This document shows positions 24,701 to 32,230 of a DNA stretch of 32,230 nucleotides, piece after piece. Location of the stretch: positions 1 through 32,230 of IMG/VR virus record IMGVR_UViG_3300046005_000942; one strand, 5' to 3'. The position numbers and the translations under genes were made by a program. Within the stretch, counting starts at the first letter, position 1; every line of letters begins with the position of its first letter. The notes beneath the pieces were generated by a model, which was not told where the DNA came from, ran no database searches, and worked only from the letters and a program-made list of their open reading frames with translations. The DNA is from a virus. Lineage: Duplodnaviria; Caudoviricetes.

Positions 24701-27483
24701 GCTTTGGCTTTACCTACGGGAACTTGTGCTGCCCATGCAGTTATCTGATTGGCTAGTTTTGCAACTCTGTCTCTACCTATTAGCTTCTCAAGCCCTAAGT
24801 GTGCACCTATCTCATGCAGGATAGTCCCACGTTCAGCACCCTTACGCATTGCACTAGCTATAAAGTATGCCTTACCTTCATGCACAAATGCCTTAGAGTT
24901 AGACTTCTTAGCAGCTTCTTGTAGATGCGCTGGTAGTTCTGCATGGGTGTTTACAACAACAGGGGGGTTATCCTTAAGCTGTTGTGGTGTGAATAGCGTA
25001 CTGACCTGTTTATTTATTTCATCGGTAGTAGTTGCTTCTTCCTTCTTTGTTGTATCCCCTTCCTGTGATGATTGAGGTTCGGGTTCGGGTTCTGGTTTAG
25101 TAATAGTTACCTTCCCGGGTTTTTGGGACTCAGGCTTTTTCTTGTTTGTTCTTGTGGCAGGTTTCTTAACACCAAACACATCCCCTGCTAAGTCCTCAGC
25201 TTCTCCCTCAAACTTTATTGCTTTGTGCTTGTTAGCTATTTTAGTGTTTCTATCAAAGTTTTTCAGTCGGGTGATCTCATTTGCGCTTAGATAACCATCG
25301 GCGTGTGCTTCTTTTACTAATTGCTGCGTATCCTTTTCAAGCGAGTCAAACGCTACACCACCTGATTCAGCATTCCATATCTTACCCGCTGCTCCTTGAG
25401 GTACTTTAGTAGCTGGGGTAGCGGGTGCTTCTTTTAATGCACTTGGTTTTTTTCCTGTGCTTGGGACAGCTCCTGTAGCTCTGACGTTAGTAGCTCCGCG
25501 AGGAACACCCACTGCCTTTTTGTTAGGCACAACAACTTTTTTAGGCGTGGTTGCCGTTGGAAGTACAGGCTTTTCCACGCGCTTGACAGCTCGTGGTTTG
25601 TTAGAACTAAGTTTGCGTTGATCCTTAGTAGCGGTTTGTTGTCCCTCAGATTCATTTATAACCTCCGGCTTACCGTACTCCGCTTCATGCTCCGCATACA
25701 TATCATCTATTTCTTCTTGCGTGGGCTGGCGCTTCTCAGCATCAGTAAAGTCTTGTATCTTCTGACGTACCTGTTCAGCCTTTTGCTGGAAGGCTTCTTG
25801 CGTTGGTTTCCCCTGCCCTTGCAGTTGTTTTGATCTGGTGTCAGTAGCTTGTTGGTCATCCTGCTGTGCTTGCTCTTGCTGTGCTTGCAGCTTCTTATGT
25901 TCAGCATCAACTGCATCTAGGTGAGCAATTGCCCCCTCTATATTACCTTTTCCGGCGTAGCCCTCTAGTATGCTCTTAGCTTCTGCTACATTCTCTGGGT
26001 CAGTTAGATCACCATACTTAGTCAGGTCAGCTCTTACCTTCTTGCCTGCTATGCCAAATGTATCAAGCATGTCCTCATTAATAACCAGCGGATCAACCTG
26101 CATAGCTCCTACAGCGGGTTTACCTTTTTCAGTAAATAGCTCTCCTTGACCTTCGGTTGATACATCTGGTACTTCCTCTTCTTGCGTAGGTAGTTGACCT
26201 CTAGGTCCAGCAAACATCTCTTCCTGTACACCTACCCCAGTTGCCTGATCGGTCATCTGCTTCTTCATCGCTACTACATCCTTTATCGTCTTTCCGGGGA
26301 GGTAGAATGCGATGTTATCCTTCAGGTGCTGGGTTCCTTGATCTGTTTGTAGCAACATTTCAACTTGCTTGGCCTTAGTATCTTGCTCTGCCATCTCATT
26401 CTTAGCAGCCCCAAAGCCAGCCATGTCAGCCTTAGTTTGATCCTCGTAACTCTTAGCTCTTTCTATCTCGTCTGCTGCCTTAGCTTTAGCTGCTTCTATC
26501 CGTGCGGCTTCCTCGGCTTCAGCAAAGTCCTTTTCTTCTTGCTTGCTAATAGCTGAACTGCGTTCTGCCAACCTACTAGCACCACCAACAGGACCCATCA
26601 GTGCAGTCTGGTATGCAGTATCCGTGTACTCTTTAATAGCATCAGGGGTAGTAAGGGGTAGACCTGCTTGGTAGCGTTCTAGTGCTTGCTGTATAACTTC
26701 GCCGGGGACTTCTAGCGTAGCCATCTTAGCAGTACCCTTAGCAAATGCCATCTTCTTTGATTCTTGTGCTAGCTTCTGTACAGCTAGTGCTTCTGCTTGT
26801 GGTGTACCAAGTAGACGGGAGTCAATACCCAGCATCTTTCCAAAGCCCTTACCCAAAGCAAGAGCCGCTGTAGCTACATCAATACCCGCCTGTGGTACTG
26901 CTGTGCCATATGCAGACGCTAGGTCTACTTGCTTGCCTTCTTGGGCTTGACGCTCAATGTTAGCACCGGCTTGTGGGCCAAATGATGTACCGAATGCACC
27001 TGCAGCACCACCAAGTAACCCAGCAATAGCTCTGCCTTGTAAGGGTAGTGGTAGTCTAGCACCTGCCATAGCACCTGCTTTAGCACCAGCACCCATAGCG
27101 GCTAGGTTTGGCACCTGTTCAGCAATTGCTCTAGGGGTTTGTGCGGCTAGTTCTTTTGCTGCGGCTAAAGGACCTTGGGTTTCGTGTATATACTTTAGGT
27201 AGTCTAGGCTAGCACCGGGCTTCTCTTCTATTTCTTTTTGTCTTTCGAGTCCAGCCAACCCTGCTTCTTGCCCACCGTCAAAAGGAGCTGATATTGCAGT
27301 ACGGATAGAGGATAACCCGCGCTTTGCCCCGCCAACAAGTGACTCTCGCATAGACTCAGCGGGTTTAATACGGGCTTCATGTTGCGGGATGATGTCATTT
27401 TCTATAGCCCCAATGATTGCTTGCTGGGACATTGTATCGGGAAATCGTACCTGCCCAATCCCCTTGATGTTGACAATAGGCAT
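21724..27483 (-). CDS. Large virion/ejection protein of polyvalent type with zincin-like motif
   Basis: 1919 aa; AAGGAG RBS; Ala/Gly-rich N-region, disordered linker, ILHEIGAH..QEVIAY motif, long helical C-terminal region. Confidence 0.75.
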   Translation of the reverse strand: MPIVNIKGIGQVRFPDTMSQQAIIGAIENDIIPQHEARIKPAESMRESLVGGAKRGLSSIRTAISAPFDGGQEAGLAGLERQKEIEEKPGASLDYLKYIHETQGPLAAAKELAAQTPRAIAEQVPNLAAMGAGAKAGAMAGARLPLPLQGRAIAGLLGGAAGAFGTSFGPQAGANIERQAQEGKQVDLASAYGTAVPQAGIDVATAALALGKGFGKMLGIDSRLLGTPQAEALAVQKLAQESKKMAFAKGTAKMATLEVPGEVIQQALERYQAGLPLTTPDAIKEYTDTAYQTALMGPVGGASRLAERSSAISKQEEKDFAEAEEAARIEAAKAKAADEIERAKSYEDQTKADMAGFGAAKNEMAEQDTKAKQVEMLLQTDQGTQHLKDNIAFYLPGKTIKDVVAMKKQMTDQATGVGVQEEMFAGPRGQLPTQEEEVPDVSTEGQGELFTEKGKPAVGAMQVDPLVINEDMLDTFGIAGKKVRADLTKYGDLTDPENVAEAKSILEGYAGKGNIEGAIAHLDAVDAEHKKLQAQQEQAQQDDQQATDTRSKQLQGQGKPTQEAFQQKAEQVRQKIQDFTDAEKRQPTQEEIDDMYAEHEAEYGKPEVINESEGQQTATKDQRKLSSNKPRAVKRVEKPVLPTATTPKKVVVPNKKAVGVPRGATNVRATGAVPSTGKKPSALKEAPATPATKVPQGAAGKIWNAESGGVAFDSLEKDTQQLVKEAHADGYLSANEITRLKNFDRNTKIANKHKAIKFEGEAEDLAGDVFGVKKPATRTNKKKPESQKPGKVTITKPEPEPEPQSSQEGDTTKKEEATTTDEINKQVSTLFTPQQLKDNPPVVVNTHAELPAHLQEAAKKSNSKAFVHEGKAYFIASAMRKGAERGTILHEIGAHLGLEKLIGRDRVAKLANQITAWAAQVPVGKAKATNEHLIAKEAIEKADLSGEKGDRYNQEVIAYFTEIAVNKYKIDPLKGQPKEHGKVAGWLKELWAGIVATLSKLHMSPSKLKSADIVDLVYGAARISNTGVKQSQATSTPEAILNSVGESLNSMPSSSPKLMEDARDALSTVPSTVRKAALRFYSIPNMIAQYGGILPSLKKLLHTIEQRANDSDHRRSIVDKLTHKGVSLLKKYPKQIVRKFNKVAFELSIANIDPTKDENKDHELVKIYQSLPKPLQDLGNEYAAEYKKHFDEYISILTEMAPEKMGREYLSKVEAMRNDFESKSLAWYHPLRRQGDYWLTYTDKDGESVTISRDSPRAIEREMKLARIKGATGLKQFARLSQIEYDSKAPPSGFIADVLAQMQRDGVKKEVINNTYQMYLSLLPSQSLRQQMQARTGEQGYIEDVVQGFADVGSKMAHQLSAMKYRPDLDNAYAGINREAAEDASTEIKDVYEALMTGKSFVENPVANTVPSRLSWLSYFWHIAGNASSAFVNLTQLPVIVLPMLSGKYGLGATTAAFNRAFKMYANGKFDDNREFMPDFTFGKNPKISQEYKDLYEAALDHSTIRRGVGYELTELRRTSAEDYTGMRSKVETGLGWLFQNSERMNREITLIAAYDLARAKMSPADARAFAINTTVDAHSHALPEAGPQLFQNNIGKVAFTFKRFAQAQIALMAKLFYNTFKGETKEVRDLALKQMLGIYGTTYAFAGVQGMPLYGAASLLASTAQAMFGDDEEPLDPDEQVKLAVGDLHFKGPVNQLLGLDIASRTGFNGLVWREDERRLAEVGGAAYFMEHFFGPSYSTLFVNPQRALELFNQGHTDRALETLSPSFVRNPLKAYRFANEGALNRKGAKIVDDVDGLQVFNQILGFTDAELSEAYARAGVRKKVEQHMLTRRQSLLDAFYLANTNGDDEMKDKIRENIASFNKAFPVKPITGETLIQSHKTRVNNLINSVDGVYIPPKLRATLLKYRNHEDDEDEED

Positions 27484-27497
27484 GCGTACTCCTTAGA

Positions 27498-29225
27498 TTA
27501 ACTTGCAGGGGTGTAATTCATCATTCCCGATTTGTCGGCTACAAGCGAACCACCTACAGGTGCACCCGCCTGCATATCACCCATACCTAAGTACTGATTC
27601 ATCTGAGTAGTTAGACTTGCTATACGAGCCTTAATTGCATCTTTTTCTTTCTTGGTAGTAGCAAGCATCAGTTCATTATTTGCCGCAACAAGTGCTTTAT
27701 CTAGGCCACGCAGCATAATTCCTGTTTCCTGCGCACCTATTCTACTTTGCATACCTGCAGCAGTTATACCTGCAACTTTCTCACGGCTTGCTATATCTCT
27801 AGCAAACTGCGATTCATCCTGTGTTGCTTTCTTAGATGCCGCTTCTGTAGTCATACCCAACTCAGCACCCTTAGCCCGTCTAGCGTAGTCTCTTTCACCA
27901 ATAGCATCTTGCATTGCAGCGTGGCGTTCTTGGGCTCTAACCATATCTTTCTGTTGTTCTGTTAGGGAGGCAAGACCTTGTTGAGCACCTGCACCTATGT
28001 TCTGCATTGCGTACTGCGATGGGCCAGCCATCATACCAAACCCTGCATTAGCTAGTGCCATCCAAGGGGCTTTGCGTTTTGCTTCTGCATTGCTTAACCC
28101 TAGTGCTTCCATCCGTGCCTTTCTATCAACAGCATCAGGATCTTCACCTACCATCTTATGGTAACGGGCTGCAGTTTCAGCAGCTATATCTTTCTCTGCT
28201 TGTGGAACGTTTGTTTTCAGCGCAGTGATGCCTTTATCAGCACCTTTTTTGTCATCTTTTTTGATGTCTTTTTTGGTTTCTGGTGCGGGTTTCTTTCGGT
28301 TCTCTACTCCTTCAGCAGCTAACTTGTTGTACTTAGCCATTGTTATAGCTGGTTTCTTACCGCTGGTGCTAGCGTCAGGAGCTTCATCAGACGAGGCTTT
28401 TGCACTTGCAGCTTTAGCCCCTTCCGGCTGTTTATTTAATGCATCTAATCCTGCTCTAGCACCCTCTATCCCCTTCCATCTAGGGTCTGCAACACGCTCG
28501 ACACCCGGGGATGCTGGTGGTGCTACATTATACATAGACCTTGTACGGGCGACTGCCTCTGTATTATCTGCCTGCTGCTCTGGAGCCCCTTGTGATTGAC
28601 CCAATGCTTGCATCTGCTCTGGAGAAAACGCAGCAGGTGCTTGGGGGGTTTGCCTTCTACTAGCATCAATCATAGCATTCATTTCAGGTGAAGATACTCC
28701 ATCCCCCGCTGGAGAAACATATTCGCTAGGGAAGTTATACCCAGTTTGTGATGCACCAAACTCAGCTAATGCTCTTGCTTTTGCTTCGGCAGCTTTCTTT
28801 ACTAACTTTTTGTGTTCTGGGGACTGATACATATCACCCCGACTAGATGTATTACCGCCGTGAGCAAACGACACCATACCACCACCAGCAGCATGGAAAG
28901 TACTTTCATCTACAGGCAAAGACCCCATTCCTTGCGTCATTCTTTGTTCTACTGGGGCTGCTTGGGCTATGACATTCTGAGCTACTGTAGGCTGTGGACC
29001 TTGCGCACTTTGTGCACCTTGCATTTGTTGTGCCTGACCTTTAGCAGCAGTCCGAGCTTGTATAGCCATGATAGCGTATACCTGCGGGTAGTTAGGATCA
29101 CCCCCCATTGCTGCCCTCTTCAGCACTGCATCTACACGTGGATCATGAAGCGTACTAAGATCAGTGTACTTCTTGTACATTGCCTCGGGAGAAGGGGTAC
29201 TAATAGGTGTCATCGACGATTGCAT
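27498..29225 (-). CDS. Putative internal virion/ejection protein
   Basis: 575 aa, Ala/Gln/Lys-rich; AGGGMVSFAHGG and ALANAGFGMMAG motifs; directly upstream of the large protein. Confidence 0.65.
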   Translation of the reverse strand: MQSSMTPISTPSPEAMYKKYTDLSTLHDPRVDAVLKRAAMGGDPNYPQVYAIMAIQARTAAKGQAQQMQGAQSAQGPQPTVAQNVIAQAAPVEQRMTQGMGSLPVDESTFHAAGGGMVSFAHGGNTSSRGDMYQSPEHKKLVKKAAEAKARALAEFGASQTGYNFPSEYVSPAGDGVSSPEMNAMIDASRRQTPQAPAAFSPEQMQALGQSQGAPEQQADNTEAVARTRSMYNVAPPASPGVERVADPRWKGIEGARAGLDALNKQPEGAKAASAKASSDEAPDASTSGKKPAITMAKYNKLAAEGVENRKKPAPETKKDIKKDDKKGADKGITALKTNVPQAEKDIAAETAARYHKMVGEDPDAVDRKARMEALGLSNAEAKRKAPWMALANAGFGMMAGPSQYAMQNIGAGAQQGLASLTEQQKDMVRAQERHAAMQDAIGERDYARRAKGAELGMTTEAASKKATQDESQFARDIASREKVAGITAAGMQSRIGAQETGIMLRGLDKALVAANNELMLATTKKEKDAIKARIASLTTQMNQYLGMGDMQAGAPVGGSLVADKSGMMNYTPAS

Positions 29226-29233
29226 AATTGCTC

Positions 29234-30247
29234 CTAGGATTTACCAAGCGCTTGTGATATACCTAAACCCGCCAACCCTAAACCGGCTGCTTGGCTTGTC
29301 AGGCTTGGTGCTGCGCCATACTCAGTAGTTGCTGTCTGGGATAAAGGACCACCATGCAGTAAGTCAGACATAAACCCGATCTGCTTATAGGGGTAGTTTT
29401 GCTGATTTTGGTAGTTTTCATACCCAATGTTTTTCAGCTCTTGTTCTCTAGCTGCTTTCGTAGTACCTGCAGTTTGCATGGCTTGGTTGATCCCCATCTG
29501 CTGCCCATACTGTGTCTGCCCTAACTGCCCTAAGGTATTAGCTGCACCAATGGCTTGCTGACTTCCTTGCAGACCTGCAGTAGTGCCAAACTGTTGCGCC
29601 TGACGAGCAGCATCATAAGCAGCCTGTGAACCTTGTGCGGCTGTCTGTGCTTGGGTAAATCCAAGATTCCTAGTGCCTTCTGACTGAGCTAGCGCCTGCC
29701 TGTTTCCACCAAATGCGCGTTGTCCTACAGCTTGTGCTTGCTGTGCTTGCAGTTGAATACCGTAGTTTCTAGCATTCTGATCTTGCTGGAACTGAACTAC
29801 ATTCTTCATGTAGGGGTTCATGTATGCAGCCATTGAATTAGGGTCAGTAGCCATGTTTTGATAGTTCTGCCCAGCAGATAATGACCCCATACCACCAGCA
29901 GTAGCCATACCCGTCCCCGCGCCTAGCTGGGATGAAGGTGTCATACCACTAATATTACTAAATGCTTGTGTCTGCATAGGATCAAACCCAGCTACTCTAG
30001 CATTAGGGTCCCCTTCTTTGTACATCTTATAAGGGTTTTTGTTTATGTCAGTCAGTGTTTCAGTCTGACCAAGCAGTCGCTCCATGTACGGTCTAGCGTA
30101 CTCAGGAATCGTAGTCTGTGATGAAGATGTATTAGTAGGTCCAGGTGCTTGTGCGCTACCACCCATATAAAGGCGCATCCTCCCACCTTCTAACTGAAAC
30201 CCCCGCGCATCAGGACCGTTATTAAACTCAAAATTAGTGTATGTCAT
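29234..30247 (-). CDS. Putative DNA ejection/pilot-type virion protein
   Basis: Gln/Gly/Ala-rich; IPEYARPY, YMNPY, AFGGNR, C-terminal GLGLAGLG; GGAG RBS favours ATG 30247. Confidence 0.65.
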   Translation of the reverse strand: MTYTNFEFNNGPDARGFQLEGGRMRLYMGGSAQAPGPTNTSSSQTTIPEYARPYMERLLGQTETLTDINKNPYKMYKEGDPNARVAGFDPMQTQAFSNISGMTPSSQLGAGTGMATAGGMGSLSAGQNYQNMATDPNSMAAYMNPYMKNVVQFQQDQNARNYGIQLQAQQAQAVGQRAFGGNRQALAQSEGTRNLGFTQAQTAAQGSQAAYDAARQAQQFGTTAGLQGSQQAIGAANTLGQLGQTQYGQQMGINQAMQTAGTTKAAREQELKNIGYENYQNQQNYPYKQIGFMSDLLHGGPLSQTATTEYGAAPSLTSQAAGLGLAGLGISQALGKS

Positions 30248-30249
30248 AA

Positions 30250-30669
30250 TCACTCCACAGGAATATCAAAACAGATGGAACGTGTCTTTAGCCCATCACT
30301 CTCAAATATCTTCTTCCATCCAGTACGTCCTTGTGCTTCTAATAGCTTGCAGTCATTATCTCTAGCAAACCTCTGCAGTACCACTAGCATGGGGGCTTTC
30401 CATGTCAACCCTTCATCCCCACCTATAAAATGCATAAACAACGTACGCATCCTAGGGTATGTCACAACATGTGTACCAACTACACCATATATAACAACGC
30501 CATCAAAGGCTAGCCACAACTGTCGTGGCTCTGTTAGTAAACCTATCTTTATATCTTCCACCGTGTATCTGCCGGGGTAGTAAGATAATGCATCTGCTAT
30601 ATACCGCTCTACTGAATGCCATACACTTTCTATATGCTCTACAGGAACGAGTGAAATCTGCATTGACAT
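30250..30669 (-). CDS. Virion-module protein, possible GNAT-like fold
   Basis: QLWL, FIGG, FARDNDC...GRTGW pattern; small gene amid ejection genes. Confidence 0.55.
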   Translation of the reverse strand: MSMQISLVPVEHIESVWHSVERYIADALSYYPGRYTVEDIKIGLLTEPRQLWLAFDGVVIYGVVGTHVVTYPRMRTLFMHFIGGDEGLTWKAPMLVVLQRFARDNDCKLLEAQGRTGWKKIFESDGLKTRSICFDIPVE

Positions 30670-32216
30670 TAGGCTGGCATAAACCTTTCAGCACGAGTAT
30701 TAGCTGCAATATCCTTAGTCTTTCTCCGGGCTTTCTGTATACGGTCCATCATAGCATATAGCTTCTTAGCCCCTGCCTTAGTTGATCCATTACCTATCTC
30801 TGACACTATCCTAGCAGGTATTACAAATTCACCATCTGCTAATCTAGCTGGTTGCTTACCGCCTATAGATGCAGGGATAGAATCAGATACACCATCCCCG
30901 GGACCTTGGGTTAATCTACCACCATCAGAGTATCCACCTAGTGTAGCAATACCACCAGCAGCCATACCTTCTGCCCCTGTGAATGGGTTAACAACAGCAT
31001 CCTGCGCTTCTACAACCTCACGAGGGACTGGAACAGCTGACCTATTACCATACTGACCTACAGTACCTGTGGGTAGCTGACTTTGCGGGTACATAACATT
31101 ATTTACTTCATCACCTATACTACCACCTTCAGCATAACGGGTTACTGTTGGGGTTCCATAACCATAGTTAAAGTATTGCTGTCCTGACGCACCGCCTGTA
31201 GGATCGTACCCTTGGGTAAATCCGGGGTAGCTATAGTAATCGCCATGCGCTGTAGCAGGTTTAAGTTTTTGTTGGTCAGATGACATCATGCCAATACCCC
31301 CTATGCCTAACCCAGCTAACGCTGTTTTATTTTCTAATGCAAACTTACTAAACCCGTCAGGCTCAAACAGCTTATTAACCCCTCTTCCTTGTGCAGAGAG
31401 TGCATCGCTTACACCGCTCATATAACTTTGTGGAGCAGGTGGTGTAATAGAAGGAGGTGGCATGATAGAAGAAGGTGGAGCGCCATAGCTTGCAGGGCCA
31501 ATACTTGCTGGTAGGGGCTGACCCATAGGCGCTGTGTATCCGGGTTTTAATCCTTGGAGCGAAGCTACCCGACTAAACTCAGGATTAGCCATTGCCTGTG
31601 CATTTGTCAGGCTTCTTGCTTGACCTATACCTGTTTGTACACTACTAATTTTTGCAGGGTCTATCATTTGCCCAAACTGATTAATCATCGGCCTTCTTGC
31701 ATTGTCTGCTGCTATCTTACCTGCTTCTTGAAATGACTTTTGCGTTGCATTTTGTGCTATTTGTTGTGCTTCTGTTCTCATCAATGCTTGTGCTTCTTGC
31801 GCCCCAAACCTACCAGCACCGGAAGCTAGATTAGCTCCTTGTGTTGAGGCAAACCCACGCAACCCGCCAGCAGCAGCTTCAGTAGCCCCTGCACTTATCC
31901 CCTTTGTCAGCGCTTGTGATGCTATTCCAAGCCCTTGCGTGCCAAATACACCCGGAGCTGCCTCTGCTGCTACTGTCCCTACTGTTGTCCCTACTCCCCC
32001 CGCCGCCGCTCCCCCCGCTGCCCCTAATCCAGCACCTAATGCACCACCAGCACCTGCCATCAGACCAGTAAACAGTGATTTCTTAAAGCTGTTACCTACC
32101 GCCATACTGGTACCAAAGGCAGTTAGAGCACCCGCGCCAATCATGAAAGGAGCTGCCATTCCCCCTGTAGCAATAGTAGCTAGACCACCAACAATTACAG
32201 GTAGCCAGTCTTTCAT
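30669..32216 (-). CDS. Gly/Ala-rich virion protein with C-terminal GPGDGVSDSIPA...LADGEFVIPA domain
   Basis: Hydrophobic Gly-rich N-terminus; conserved C-terminal motif seen in phage virion proteins. Start lies 14 nt from the window edge. Confidence 0.65.
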   Translation of the reverse strand: MKDWLPVIVGGLATIATGGMAAPFMIGAGALTAFGTSMAVGNSFKKSLFTGLMAGAGGALGAGLGAAGGAAAGGVGTTVGTVAAEAAPGVFGTQGLGIASQALTKGISAGATEAAAGGLRGFASTQGANLASGAGRFGAQEAQALMRTEAQQIAQNATQKSFQEAGKIAADNARRPMINQFGQMIDPAKISSVQTGIGQARSLTNAQAMANPEFSRVASLQGLKPGYTAPMGQPLPASIGPASYGAPPSSIMPPPSITPPAPQSYMSGVSDALSAQGRGVNKLFEPDGFSKFALENKTALAGLGIGGIGMMSSDQQKLKPATAHGDYYSYPGFTQGYDPTGGASGQQYFNYGYGTPTVTRYAEGGSIGDEVNNVMYPQSQLPTGTVGQYGNRSAVPVPREVVEAQDAVVNPFTGAEGMAAGGIATLGGYSDGGRLTQGPGDGVSDSIPASIGGKQPARLADGEFVIPARIVSEIGNGSTKAGAKKLYAMMDRIQKARRKTKDIAANTRAERFMPA

Positions 32217-32230
32217 GAAGTTAGCTTCTC

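Noticed and set aside
22058-31736. Short + strand ORFs in the virion block, and - strand ORFs in the left arm
   Set aside because: Antisense shadows of long genes with no convincing RBS or motifs.
1-32230. Stop-codon reassignment or diversity-generating retroelement
   Set aside because: Genes tile densely under the standard code using all three stops; no reverse transcriptase or template/variable repeat pair seen.

Overview
This window is a 32-kb piece of a tailed dsDNA bacteriophage genome (Caudoviricetes, podovirus-like organisation); no host housekeeping genes, integrase, rRNA, tRNA or CRISPR array are visible. Two gene blocks converge on a terminator at about 21.7 kb. The + strand (1-21.65 kb) opens with a control region: a G-tract, two copies of a long palindrome, two near-consensus sigma70 promoters, a monocistronic first gene and an iteron/AT-rich origin-like segment. 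Next come an early operon led by a MoxR-like AAA+ ATPase, a metallopeptidase-vWA protein and a DUF3150-like protein, then about 25 small accessory genes (SleB-type wall hydrolase, XRE HTH, DUF3310, VRR-NUC, zinc fingers, small membrane proteins). The replication module follows: family A DNA polymerase (Leu762 type), Cas4-like exonuclease, HNH, SNF2 helicase, SSB-like protein and an AEP primase-DUF927-helicase. The - strand (21.7-32.2 kb) carries virion/ejection-type genes, including a 1919-aa polyvalent-type protein. The best candidates for undescribed biology are a promoter-terminator-bounded ~50-nt RNA exposing an anti-Shine-Dalgarno sequence, an identical KKELSATT peptide in both the SSB-like protein and the primase, the AAA+/peptidase-vWA/DUF3150 triad with shared GTAGTTCTTTT leaders, and a small protein whose N-terminus resembles a capsid N-terminus. 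Family calls come from motif recognition only, with no database search.
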